From assembly GCF_001447785.1 (NCBI RefSeq), contig NW_015172034.1:62211-126210 (forward strand): DNA of 64,000 nucleotides, given 5' to 3'. The notes under the pieces are model-generated. The model made no database searches, was not told the DNA's origin, and saw only the letters and a list, made by a program, of their open reading frames with translations. This document shows, in pieces, positions 47,601 through 60,078 of the stretch. A program made the translations under genes and the position numbers. The DNA is from Gekko japonicus (taxonomy: Eukaryota). The stretch's first letter is position 1, and each line of letters begins with the position of its first letter.

Positions 47601-48504
47601 GACAGTTGTTCTGCTTACTCTGGTTGTAGAGGGAGTTCAGAGAATAATAGGATGACTTGCCCCTTCTCTTTTGTTGCTTGAGTTTTATTCTAGCTTTTTA
47701 CTTCCTTTCCCCTTTTCCTGTTGCAGTATTCTATGTGTAATGTATATTATTGATTGTGTGTGTGTGTTTGTTTTTAAATTAGTTTGAGTGTGTTGTAGGT
47801 TTTGTAATTTCGTTTTTAAGACCCTCACTGGACTAGTCTTGCACATACCTGTACAGTAGAACAACATAATACAAGAACTGTAAAGTTTTGAGTGATACAA
47901 CAGTGTGTGTGTGTGTGTGTGTATATAAAGCAGAACTTTTTCCCACAGTATAATGGATGGGTGAAGTATACTATCAACTGCTGAAATATAATTAATGTGA
48001 TCTGCAAAATGTAAACAGATTAACAATAACACAATACTATAAGTAATTTATAAATAGCCTTATCAAATATCAACCTCTAAAAAATTAGAATAAAGCAGTA
48101 ACAAATTGATTAATCTATTAATCCCTACATAAATTATTATGTTATTGAGAACTATAATTACAAGATATCTTAAATTAATTGAACTGTAGTTGATTTAAAA
48201 TTTTTGATAAAATACAATCTCTTACACCCAATCAATTGAAATTTAATATCAGCAATCAAGTTGTAATACAATCAGCAAAAGTGCTAATGTGATTAAGATT
48301 TTCTCTTTAAAAATTATTCAGTTAAGTATGAGAAAAACTGTTAAAAAGAGAAAAGAAACAATACACTAATATTGGTGCTAATTAAGTGAACAGGTAAGCA
48401 ACTATGAAATCAATTGATAATGTATCCTAATTAATTAAATGTATATTTTAATTAATGAACTGTAGCATAAAAATAAAGTAATGCAGAACAGTTTCTCTTA
48501 ACCA

Positions 48505-48960
48505 CATCCGGTGATTGTTCACCATGGTTAATGGGGTACTCCCGAGAGATCACAGGCATGGAGTGTGTTGGCCTTGTTTGGGAAGCCGGTAGTGTGGCAA
48601 TCTGCCTAGTGTACCGTCCACCCAGCACACTGGCCAGTAGCCTGCTGTTCCTGGTGGAGGCCGCATCGGGTTGGGCATTGGAACACCCTAGACTGATAGT
48701 CCTGAGTGACTACAATGTCCATGCAGATGATGCGACCTCCACTCAGGCAGCGGACCTGGTGTCATCCATGGCGGCACTAGGGTTCTCCCAATTTGTAACG
48801 ACTCCCACTCATCAGACTGGGCACATGCTCGATTTGGTCTTCGTGGCGGGAGTTACAGTGGACCGGATTACTGCCTCGGCAGTACCATGGTTGGACCACT
48901 TTGTTCTGAAGGCTCGTCTGAATATGTCACTCTGACCCTGTTTGGACGGTGAGCCTATTT
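48505..48960 (+). mobile_element. L2/CR1-type LINE endonuclease fragment
   Basis: ORF 48531..48935: VYRPP, DYNVH, PTH..GH.LDLVF, DH. Confidence 0.85.
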
Positions 48961-49372
48961 TTCCCCACCATAGAGAACAATGGAGGGGATGGGGGCAACC
49001 TGTTTGGGGGCCCGTAGAATTAGACCCCCTGGTTCAATGTTCCTGAAACATGGAGGGTATCTTGGGGAGACGCTCCAGCAGCTACCCTGCGATTTTGGAG
49101 CCTCTCCCTCAAACTCCTCTCTCCTCCAGCCCCCAGAATATACCCTATGTTTTCGCCATTGACTTCAATGGCCCATAGGATAGAATGGGGCCGAACTGCG
49201 GGAAGCCGATTCAGATCAGATAATCTGATTCAGCCCGCAGCAGCCTGAAAGGGGCCCCGAATGGGCCATTTTCGGGGGTGCATTTGGTTCAGATGAACCG
49301 AATGCACATCCCTCCAGCAGCTGGCTTGCTCGGGCTTTCTGCAGCCACGGGGATCCTGAGCAAGCCAAGGGA

Positions 49373-49733
49373 NNNNNNNNNNNNNNNNNNNNNNNNNNNN
49401 NNNNNNNNNNNNNNNNNNNNNNNNNNNNNNNNNNNNNNNNNNNNNNNNNNNNNNNNNNNNNNNNNNNNNNNNNNNNNNNNNNNNNNNNNNNNNNNNNNNN
49501 NNNNNNNNNNNNNNNNNNNNNNNNNNNNNNNNNNNNNNNNNNNNNNNNNNNNNNNNNNNNNNNNNNNNNNNNNNNNNNNNNNNNNNNNNNNNNNNNNNNN
49601 NNNNNNNNNNNNNNNNNNNNNNNNNNNNNNNNNNNNNNNNNNNNNNNNNNNNNNNNNNNNNNNNNNNNNNNNNNNNNNNNNNNNNNNNNNNNNNNNNNNN
49701 NNNNNNNNNNNNNNNNNNNNNNNNNNNNNNNNN
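49373..49733. other. Assembly gap (361 N)
   Basis: Run of N. Confidence 1.
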
Positions 49734-50010
49734 AGGTAGAGCAGGAAGGGTTGCATCAGTGCTTAGTTCTTGTGGCCCTTTCTTACACGCCCAGGGAAAT
49801 GCTGATCGCCACTTTGGGGCCAGGAAGCAATTTTTCTCCAGGCCACTTTGGCCCCCAGTGATCCTGGAGGTTTTTTTTAATCATATTCTGGGCGTGGAAC
49901 AGGGGTCACTGGGGTGTGGGGGGAGTATTGGTGAGTTTCCTGCATTGTGCAGGGGGTTGGACTAGATGACCCTGGAGGTTCCTTCCCACTCTATGAGTCT
50001 ATGATTCTAT
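49734..50010 (+). mobile_element. CR1-type 3' UTR
   Basis: gggttggactagatgacc...ccttcc...ctatgattctat tail. Confidence 0.75.
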
Positions 50011-51489
50011 AATTCACCCAGGCTGGCTGTGGGCACGCCAGCACCTCTGTCAAGCAGATGCACCTGAGATCCTCCCCCTCCCCTTTTCCTTCACCCGACT
50101 TGGAGGCGAAGGGAAGGGAGAGGGGGGAAAGAATGGATCCCAGGTGCTTCTGCCTGTCAGAGGGGCTGGTGCACACTTCCAGTGATGTCAGGGGGTGTGG
50201 CATATGCTAATAAATTATGCTAATGAGCTCCTGCAGCTCTTTTTCTACGAAATGACCCCTGGGTATGTCAGACCCTGGCCGTATAGGGCATAAATAAATA
50301 AACTGTACAAGAGGGAGGTAGAGGAGAGAAAGTCCCCCTCCCCTCAACCATTTTAAGTAGAGAAATTGTTGTAGAGTGTGTAGTGGATGAAACGGGAGCA
50401 GACATATATGGTACTATAAAGCATGAGATATTTCAGATACAGCATAAGGCACTTAATACATTACAATTAGGTCTGCCGGATTATCAACTTGCCGTCCTTA
50501 TTTGGGGACGGAGGCATCTTCCTTTTCTGTGTAAGTGTATTTGAGTCACTAGGAGGAGTGCTCCAGTATTTTAATCACTACACCATGCTTGCTCTACTTT
50601 TTCATATTAATTTTTTTTTAAACCTCAGAACTTGTCTGTACAAAATGGTGGGAAAGTCCTCACAGTGAGATTTATGCGGAAGTTCTGCAAGTTGCTTTAA
50701 ACTAGGGAAATGGAGAATAAATGACTGGCAAAAAGACATTTCCCATTGTAATATCTCAGTTTCAATCCACATTGTAAAGAGCCAGATCAGCAACACTGAA
50801 ACACATCAGTTCTGTACTTTCAGGAATGTAAGAAAAGGATCCTAACTTAAGCAGACCTATGCAGAATCCTGTTCAGGTCTATTCAGTCTATTCACAAAAG
50901 TGTTGTTAAAATGGCACAGTTAAGCAGGCTAAAGTGCAACAAAAATGACCTAGTAGAACTTTAGTATTTCACTGGGACTTGGTTTTCCTGATTGTCCGCT
51001 GGTGTTGCTTTTTGTTTCAAAATTCTGTTGTGATCCACTCCTAAGATTATGTATACATTTGGAAATAAATTTCATTGGACTTCTAAGCCTGTATGTTTAG
51101 GATTAGGGAGTAAGACTTATTCTTTCCCTGCAGAAGTTAGGAGGGGGGGGGGGAAGTCCTGTGTTGTCTCCAGTCGTGCATTAGTGATCTGGCAGGAAAC
51201 CTCAGGAAGTGCTGTCCTACATATTTTTATGGGTTTTTTTTTACTATTTCACAAATGGAAATCTTTCTGCAATCTAAAAAAAATGCCAAGCTATTTTTTT
51301 CCCCTTTGCCCAAATATGTCCATCTCCAGCCTCTCTCACCCAGGGGCTCCCATGTACCTTCAAATAGTCTTCAGTATGGAATGTGGATGTAGACAGTCTG
51401 AGACAACTCCTATGGGTATGACAAAGGAATTGCTTTCCACAACATTTGAAATAAATGTGCAGTTTGTTGTTGTAGTGTTTGCTACAGGT

Positions 51490-51765
51490 AAGAAGAGAAG
51501 AGATTGGATTTATACCCCATCCTTCACTACCCAAAGGAGTCTCAGAGCGGCTTACAATCTCCTTTCCCTTCCCCTCCCCTCCCCACAACAGACACTCTGT
51601 GAGGTCGGTGGGGCTGAGAGAGCTCTTTTGAGAAGCGCTCCTGAGAGAACAGCTCTGAAACAACTTGTAACTGACCCAAGGTCACACCAGCAGCTGCATG
51701 TGAAGGAGTGGAGAATCAAACCCGGTTCTCACAGATTAGAGTCCGCGCTCCTAACCACTACACTA
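51490..51765 (-). mobile_element. Squam3-like SINE
   Basis: Homologous to 23586-23871. Confidence 0.8.
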
Positions 51766-52268
51766 AATAGTTCAAATTCTTTTAATGCAAACTTTATTCT
51801 CCACTTCAAGAAATAATCAAACTTCCCCAGTGGCACAGCCTATTAAAACTTTCTTGATATTAACAACCCACAGCCCCAAAAAGGCACTGAACAATACCAT
51901 CCGCCAATGTTCTGTGTATTAGTAATTAAAATGTGCTACTTTGACTTGGTTTCAAGCTACAAGCCAGGAGTATTTGGAAAATATGGGGAAGATACATTTG
52001 CTGGGGAAATGTAACCCTAGCCCCTTAACACTGCACTATTCGTTTGTTTAAAAAATATCACTGGTGCTTTTCCAGAGGCCTACTCAAAATAGTTCAGAAA
52101 ATAAGAACAATAGTATAAAATCATGAAAAACATCATAAAATTATGAGTAAGATAAGCTGTAAAAAAACCAAGCTAGTGGCATAAAAGTGGCTTTAAAAAA
52201 AAGCTGGAACTTGTTAAGAGCCTGGGTAAAAAGAAATGCTTGGACTGACACCTGAAGGGTAGTAGTAA

Positions 52269-52347
52269 TGCCATCCTAAGCACAATTACACTTTCCTAAG
52301 TCCACTAAGGTCATTGGACTAGAAAAGTGAAACTGCTTAGGATGGCA
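52269..52347. repeat. Short palindromic MITE-like element
   Basis: 14-bp arms TGCCATCCTAAGCA / TGCTTAGGATGGCA. Confidence 0.65.
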
Positions 52348-52819
52348 CTATAAGGTACAGTTTTGTATGTAATACAACACTGTGGCCATGGTTTTCATAT
52401 CTTACTGAATGTATAAATATTTGTCATTCTGAACTACACAAATGAACGATCTAATAGTTTAATTACTAGCCTCTTGGTCTTGTGAACAAGAAAAGGGAGA
52501 ATTTTTGAGGAAATGCAGGGATGGGGAGGGCAATGGCCTTTTGATGAAACTGTTTTACAGTGCTTGAGCTGTGTTATTCATATTTGTAATAATAAGCCCA
52601 CTTGCAATATAAGCAAATCACTAGGGCAGTGATGAATCAACACCGATTGCCTAGAAAAGTGGCCCAATTAACTGGGCAGCACCTTTTAGGTTTTTATTCA
52701 ATAATACAAGTAACTAAAGTGCAAGAACCAAGTGCCCTCCTCTCTGAAAAGATGTTGTCCCTCAAGATGAGCGGGATTGAGAAGATGTAATGAAGCAATG
52801 TAAAATGTAATGAGACAAA

Positions 52820-53177
52820 AAAAAACCACCGCGCGTTGAGAATCATTGGGTAGCACGTGGGTCATTCACGGTCAACTGAAGATCTGCGTCGCAGTGGTCG
52901 GGGTCGAGAAGGTGAACCTCATTTCCAACCCTTCTACCTCTTGGCCGTAGCCGAAACGATTCAGCAGGGGGCGCTGTACCTCTGGTTCTCCCTTTCCTTC
53001 CGTCCGCTACCACCGATCCGGAAACGTTCTAGCTGTTAGGAAGTTGCACTCTATGGCCTTGGCGGTCGAGACGCTTCCGCACGCGCACCCGTCGCCGATC
53101 GCTGGTCCTGCGGCCTGTGGAAGGAAGATTCGCGCTCCGTTCCCGGCGACACCCACTGAGCTCCTGTCCCCGGCCCC
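52820..53177 (+). promoter_or_regulatory. YLPM1: YLPM1 CpG-island promoter/5' UTR
   Basis: CpG-rich; E-box CACGTG 52854-52859; CTCF-like TCAGCAGGGGGCGCTG 52961-52976; ETS-like CCGGAA/TTCCG sites. Confidence 0.75.
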
Positions 53178-54179
53178 ATGTTTCCGACGTGGGGTTTGTA
53201 TGGGGCGGGGGCCTACCCGCCGCCGCCCTCGATGATGCCGCCTCCACCACTGCCTGGGCCTCCGCCGGCTGTGCTCTCCCCTGCCCTGCCGCCGCAAGTT
53301 CCTGTGGTGCCGTCGCCTTACGCGGCCTCCTCCGCGGCTCCGGCCGCTGCCCCAGTGACCGGCACGTCGGGCTTTCTGAGCCTGCAGGAGCAGCACCTGG
53401 CCCAGCTGCAGCAGCTCCAGCAAATGCACCAGAAGCAACTGCAGTCAGTGCTGCTGGGGGGTCCCCCGCCGCCCGGGGCCCCCCCGCCCAGCCTGCCCCC
53501 GCCTCCCCTGCCCAGCGCCTCGGCCCCCGCCGCCTCCTGGCAGCCCCCCATCCCCANNNNNNNNNNNNNNNNNNNNNNNNNNNNNNNNNNNNNNNNNNNN
53601 NNNCCGCCCCCTCCTCCTCGCGACACGCAGATCCGCAACCCCCCCATGCCCCCTCTTCCCCGGTCAGAGGAGAGCGTGGAGCCGTCTCAGGCTCTCCAGG
53701 AGTGGGAGACCGCAGCCCCCTCGGCCAGCCCCCACATGGACATGGATATGGACCTGTCCTCCCCGCCACAGTCGCCCACCCAGTCTTACATGCCCTCGCT
53801 TGAGACTGACTCTTACACCCTCCCCTCTCAGCATCTGCCCTCACAGACCCACACCCCACCACCTCAGTCTTACCAGGCCCATTCACAGATGTCTCAGGCC
53901 TTCTCAGAACAGATTTTCTCTGAACCTCCTCCCACAGCTGCTTCTCAGTCTTACCTGCCTCAGTCTTATCAACCCACTTCCCAACCATCATCTTCCCAAT
54001 CAGTTCAGTCTAATGCTCCTTCAGTCTCCCAGACCGAATCTCACTTCACTTCATCCCAGATTTCACAGCCTGCCCCTGAACCGCAAGAGTTCAGACAGGG
54101 CAGCGGTGAGAACACAGATAATAGGTGTGAGCGACTGCAAAGCACCTCCCATGCAGATCTCTCCTCCATGACCCCCCAG
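53178..54179 (+). CDS. YLPM1: YLP motif-containing protein 1, exon 1 (partial gene; contains a 47-N gap)
   Basis: Pro-rich N-terminus, motif EQHLAQLQQLQQMHQKQ, SY/YLP repeats, ends MTPQ|gtaag; synteny with FCF1 and AREL1; no exon 2 found in the window. Confidence 0.92.
53557..53603. other. Assembly gap (47 N) inside YLPM1 exon 1
   Basis: Run of N within a C-rich poly-Pro tract. Confidence 1.
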
Positions 54180-56278
54180 GTAAGAGTGAAGTGTTTCTGT
54201 CATCTCTAGACTGTAAAATAGCTAGACAAAGGGATCCAGGTTAGAAACTTCCAAAAGTGGTATGTTCTTTCTTTTTGAGAGGACTTAGTCTAGATTCCAT
54301 GTAGGTGGGAGGTACTTGATTTAAATTAAGTTATGGAAGTCTGAATGTTCATGGTTACAGCTTTCCTGGATTAAATTGTGGCTCCTGTTTTCAATTTTCA
54401 AAATAAAAATCTCTTCAGTGTAGGAAATAAATAAATCCACTTAGATCAGTGTTGTTCTGTGTGTATATTGTGTACTAACAAGATGCATGGGTATGCTCAC
54501 ATTTGACTATCTTAAACATTCACCTTATTTTTTTACACAAAAGTGCTTCTATGCTAAGTGCTTTCCTGCCTGAGAAAGGCACGCACATTTAAGCTTTCCA
54601 TCCCTCATCACTGCCAGTGTCCATGTATTTGAGATTAAGGGATAATAGGCTCCAAACAGGCTTCTTTGCCCATGAACCTAAGCATGGTTTATTTGGAAGT
54701 AAGTCCCCCTGTAGTCAGTGGGTCTTCTAGGCAAGTATAGGATTATAACCTTTGAAAATTAATCTCTGGATAGTTTAAGAAAAAAGTATCATCTTTAAAT
54801 ATTACTTGCACTTCTCTAGATCTGTAAAGTGGGTTGAAGAGAGCTCTGGAACTTTTTTGGGGGGGTGTACTTTGTAACCTAACGTATGGCCAGTTCAGAG
54901 TCAGTAGACCCAAAGATGTACTGTTGTGTTCTCATTGAACTCTGTAGAAACTGATGTGCATTAGTGGAGATAAGAAAGAGTAGGTTATTTTGCTTGCACT
55001 GGCTTTAGTCACTGAATTGTGTGACTGTATCATTGCTAAACAGCTGGATACTTTCATGGGTTAAGGGGACCAATTCATTGAATAAAATTTATTGATTTGG
55101 ATTTTTAGAATTTTTAAATGTATTTGGTCATCAGCAATTTATTGGAAATAAGCCATATCTTTAATATTGCAGAAAATATATAGGCACTTCTGTTGGTAAC
55201 TTGGCTAGATAGTTTTTGGGGAGCATTTTTCATCACTGCTCCCAAGTTTATTATTTGGCAGAGTGGAAACATATGTGGAAACTTTTTTATTTGTATGTTT
55301 TGGCATTTGAAGGATAGAACAGAGTTAACGGGGTTAGGAGGAGAAGAGAAGATACTGTGGAGTCTTGCAGCTCTAGTGGGCCTGATTTTAGAGATGAAAT
55401 AATGAAGCTGGGGAAAGGAAGGGACAGGAATGTTAAAACTGATTGATTTTTGTTCCAGTATTGCTCTGGGAGAACTTGCATGTTCTTAGCTTAGTATGCT
55501 TTGCTGTGCACATAGCATAATCAAGGGGCTCCATATATACTTGAAGGAAACCCATATACACTTGATTAATCTCTGGTAGATTACATGTAAATAATGAGAG
55601 AACAGCATCAGTTATCAATTTTCTTTTTTGCTTATTTCCAGGGAAGTCCATGAAAGGAATTATAACTCAGTTTGACACGTTTTTGCAAGATTACTACCAC
55701 TCCCTTGTGCTTATTAGCAGCACTGGCCATGTGTGCTTTGCCTTAAAGGAATTAGTACTTGAGGGCAGTGTAATACCAGTGGTGTTTGCCTTGTTCCCTT
55801 AGCACTTTGGCATAACTTCTCTGTGCTATCATTGCTGCTACCTTTAGTTAATGTGGTGGTTTGATATCTGTGTTCTTACTCTGGATTGTGCAGGTATACC
55901 AGTTCTGCATATGATACTTGAGCTCTCCTGCAAAACCTCCTTTTGGAAGTGTTTTTGAATAGCTGTGCTTTGAGAGCAGGGCTTTTCTTTTGTCAATAAA
56001 CTGTCATGTAACAATTGAGGAAAACATTTCCTCAAGAGTAAAACCTATATGCTGTATTTACTGTAGTATTCCCCTTTTCTTCTTGCACTGAAGGACACTG
56101 AAGGAGGGCTTAATATCGAACCCTTACTGGTCTGGGCTTCTTGGGAAAGGGGGTTCACATTTGTGCCTTGGCAGCCTCTTCCTTATTCCATGCAGGGTAT
56201 TCAAGCTAGCATGTGTCCGAGGTACTGAGGGATGTGGTCAGATTAACAAGAGCAACGTTAGAGGAAAACAGCTGTAGC

Positions 56279-56690
56279 CAGGGGTCAGTTTGTAGAAAAA
56301 GAGCTAGGGGAACTCATTAGCATATGCCACACCCCCTGACATCACCGGAAATGTGTCATAAGGCCACACACCCCGCCCCCAACGGTCCTGGCCGCCGCCA
56401 CCGGCCTTGCAGCTCCACTGCCGAGCCCCATGAGGGGCCCGGTGGTGGACCTGCAAGGCCGGTGGGAGTGCAAGGAAGCCCCGCAAAGGCCCTCCCTGGC
56501 CCCAGGCAGCCAGAGGTGGGGAGAGGCAGGGAGGAAGCAACTTACCCTCCCTCTTCTCCTGCCTCCTCCTGGCTGAATGAGGGCCGGAAGTGGGGCGGCC
56601 GGAAGCAGGGGGCAGGGCTTCGTCATGTGCCCCGCCCCCGGTACCTCACCCGGGGGAACTGCGTTCCCCTGCGATCCCCCTCTGGCTGTA
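56279..56690 (+). mobile_element. hAT-like non-autonomous element; related end at about 50165-50261 (minus)
   Basis: caggggtca.tt.gtagaaaaagagct...cattagcatatgccacaccccctgacatcac shared by both loci. Confidence 0.6.
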
Positions 56691-58193
56691 GCCTTCATGT
56701 CTTTAAATAATTGACAATACAATTTAGCATCCTGATTATTGCAAATATATTGTTAACGTAAAATGTTTAAATCTTTACCTTGCATATTTTCTGAAGGTTC
56801 CCAAGTCTCCTTGCAATACTGAAATGAAGCATGCTTGGGGGGGGGGGAAGCAGGCCTACATGTGCATGTGTGTTGCTTATGCTGGGGAACATGGGCCTGC
56901 ATCTTCCTTGGACTGTCTTTGTGATTTCCCAGTAATTTCCCAAGTACTGTGCATAGGAGCAGTAAGTGTGAGCACTGTTGTGAATCTGTTTCAGGACTTG
57001 TTCTTTTTATTGTGTTGATAATTTGAGAAAAGTTGTGAAGGGTAAAGCAGCTGAATTTCAGGTGATACCAACACATGGATGAGCACCAGGGCTTTCATTT
57101 TAATTGGTAGACTAAACAACTGAAGCTTTCATTGACTGATGGGAGCCAGTTTTAATTTGAACTGCATGTTGAGGTATACTTATTTGTTTCCAGCCTTAAA
57201 CTATAATTGGGATTGAGACCAATAAACATATTTCCTATCTAATAATAATTGGCAATTTTCATTCAGTTATAAGGTATTGTATATCTTAGTATCGCAGAAG
57301 TCACATGTATTGAGATTTTGAGTAATATACTATTAAATTTAATAAACTCATGAAAATATAATGCATATTTATATGCTGATAGCCCTAGTGTTAAGCAATT
57401 AAACATGCTGAAGTATAATATATCTTAACAGTTCAGTGCTTGGAAATCAAAACAGACTCAAGGACCTTGCTAAGGAATCCTTTAGCTCAAGAACCCTCCC
57501 TTCGTTCCAGCTACCATTGCTGATGCTGTCAGAGGGAGAGGAAGCAGCAGCAGCCCCTTCATTGTGCCAGGAAACAGGTCCACTCAAGAAGCCCCCCTCA
57601 GGACTTCTGTATTTTTTTTTTGGCCAATATTTGGTTTAAAAGTGGTGTTGAGACAGTAATAAATATGGATTAGTATGGTGTACTCCATGTTTTTTGTCAG
57701 AGGCAAACAAGAAAAGGGTAAGTGCACTCTGGCTAGCATCCAGCCAAACATTTCTGTGGGTGGAAGGATTTCCATATGTGGAGCACAATTTCTTGCCTCC
57801 CTTTTCCCCTTGCAGCCCCAGATGCCCCTGGAGCGGGCATTTCAGGTGACATTTTGAGCCATACTGAGATGAGGGTGGTGAGAAAGTCACATTCTGCAGT
57901 CAGAAATCCTTTTGTCCACTGAAACATTTGGTAGAAGTCAGGCCCATGGGGGGCAAACAGTAGTTTCCAGTATTTAGGTAAACATCTGTTCTGGAAAGGA
58001 CATAAATCTGCAATAAAATTGTCTATTTGTCGATTTAGTCTACTTTAATCTATTTTGAATTCTTCTGAGGACAGGGAAGTAAATCTGGCAGTCATCACAG
58101 TTAAACTCTGTGGATTGTATTCTGCCACTTCACTCAGGTAGCTAAGGGCAGCATGTTCAGTCGGTGGAAGCACTTATTGCATTGGCGAGACAC

Positions 58194-58615
58194 ACCAATG
58201 TGGTATAGTAATTAGTGTCAGAGGGCAGGGTATAAATCAAATAAATAGACTAGGATATGGGAGATTCAAGTTCAAATGTGCACTCTGCCATAGCAGCTTG
58301 TTGAGTGAGCTTGGGCCAGTTACACACACTCAGTCTAACCTGCTTCACTGGTAGGGTTGCCAAGCTTCCTTCCAGTCTTCTAGGTTGCCTGTGGCTGTTC
58401 CAAGCCATGGTGGGAGAAAAGTAAAGAAAAAATCATGGCTGGCCTCTGCGCCAGTCGGCCACTTCCGGGTTGTACCTGAAAGTGATGTAGTGACTTCTCC
58501 AAACGTTCTTGCAGGTTGCCTGGCTCATAGGGATGTTGTGGGGATAAAATGGAGGAGTAGAGAGTTATATAAGCCACTTTGAGTTCCCACTGGGGAGAAA
58601 AGCAGGGTATAAATT
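58194..58615 (+). mobile_element. Older SINE split by a secondary insertion (about 58352-58520)
   Basis: SINE head and tail separated by tagggttgcca...-type sequence. Confidence 0.55.
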
Positions 58616-59001
58616 AAGGCCTTTTATTGCTGGAACGTGCCACCCTTGCAAAGGTAGAATGGTAGGATACAGTCCATTATTGGCAAGGCTATTGCTAAAG
58701 TTTTGTATGGTGCATAGTTGTGGTTTTGGAATACCTTAATCCTCGAGAAATTATACAGAATTTCTTGACTCTGTCCTGTGACTCTTCACTGGTGGACTTT
58801 GTTATTACAAGCTGAAACAATTAAGTAATAATGTTGCCTAAGTGGATATGCTATAAGCAAGCAAACACTAAGGAAAAGCCATCAACAATATGAATGTATT
58901 CTGTACTAAAATAAAAAATAAATGTATTATTTATTATTATAGAATTATTGCAGAACAGTTCTCAACTTGGGCTGAATCTGGAAGTTCTAAAAGATAACTG
59001 G

Positions 59002-59116
59002 AGCCCCATGCAGTATTTGGAACCAGATTTCACAGGATATATTCACAAAATTATTGCAGACCAGCAGAACTGTGAATATATCCTGTGAAATCTGGTTCCA
59101 AATACTGCATGGGGCT
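59002..59116. repeat. Perfect 46-bp inverted repeat, 23-nt spacer
   Basis: 59002-59047 is the exact reverse complement of 59071-59116. Confidence 0.95.
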
Positions 59117-59969
59117 GCAATAATTCTGTGAAATTTGGTTCCAAATTATACACACACGTATGGCTGTACACCAGCTGCACACAGCAACATAGGAAGTTTC
59201 TGCCTTACATCAGCAACATCATTTTGTTACAAGAGGTCTATGGACACCTTTTGTATGTCGTCTCAGGGTGTAGTGTAACATCCATACATATGTACTGTGT
59301 CATGTTCAAGAGCTATTATTGTTGTGAAGTAGTGCCTGGGAGCCTACTAACATTATAAGCAGTAACTTGAGTTGTGACCACCAACCGCAATATAGAATTA
59401 ATGCATTAGTATGAAACAGAAATATGCGACAGACTGTTGCTTAATAAATTTATTTTTATTTTAGTACAGAATACATTCATATTGTTGATGGCTTTTCCTT
59501 AGCGTTTTCTTCCTCATTGCATACTATATGCTGAGGTCCCCCCTTTATCTTGTAAGTGGATATGCTGGCTGTGCTGTCATCTAGGCTTGTTGCAGGATCT
59601 GGACCTCTATATTAAATGTTTTTCACCGTTATAAAGTCTGTTTATGAGCAACTAATGATCTACCATCAACAGAAGATTAATAGAACCATAAAGTTGGAAG
59701 GGACCTCCATGGTCATCTAGTCCAACCCCGTCATTCATTATGTAGAATGAGCTACAGATCTTCAGTGCAGCTTTGCAGTAGTTTTAATTAAGAACTGTGT
59801 AGGTGGTGTCCTGTAACTTTTTGATGTTTGTTCAACGATCTCACTTAGTTAACAAGATTTACTATAAAATTTGGAGGAAAAAAGTGACCTACAAGACAGT
59901 GCTGTTGCTGTAGCATTTAGGAAAATCAAAACTAGGTATTTACAATCCACTGCCATTCCTGTCAAAACA

Positions 59970-60078
59970 ATGGTATCTGAAGAAATGTGCTTGCACATAA
60001 AAGCTTCATTGGTCTTAAAGGTGCCACTGGACTCAAGCTTTGTTCTGCCGCTTCAGACCAACACAGCTACCCAGCTGA
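59970..60078 (+). mobile_element. Penelope pLTR fragment, degenerate hammerhead
   Basis: Same family as 34755-34875. Confidence 0.7.

Noticed and set aside
49278-49756. ORFs of about 155 aa
   Set aside because: Made almost entirely of gap Ns
51049-51816. 255-aa ORF between FCF1 and YLPM1
   Set aside because: 3' third is an antisense SINE; no recognisable domain or gene structure
53029-53991. 320-aa antisense ORF and 228-aa alternative-frame ORF over YLPM1 exon 1
   Set aside because: Expected from GC-rich, Pro-rich low-complexity coding sequence; both run through an N gap
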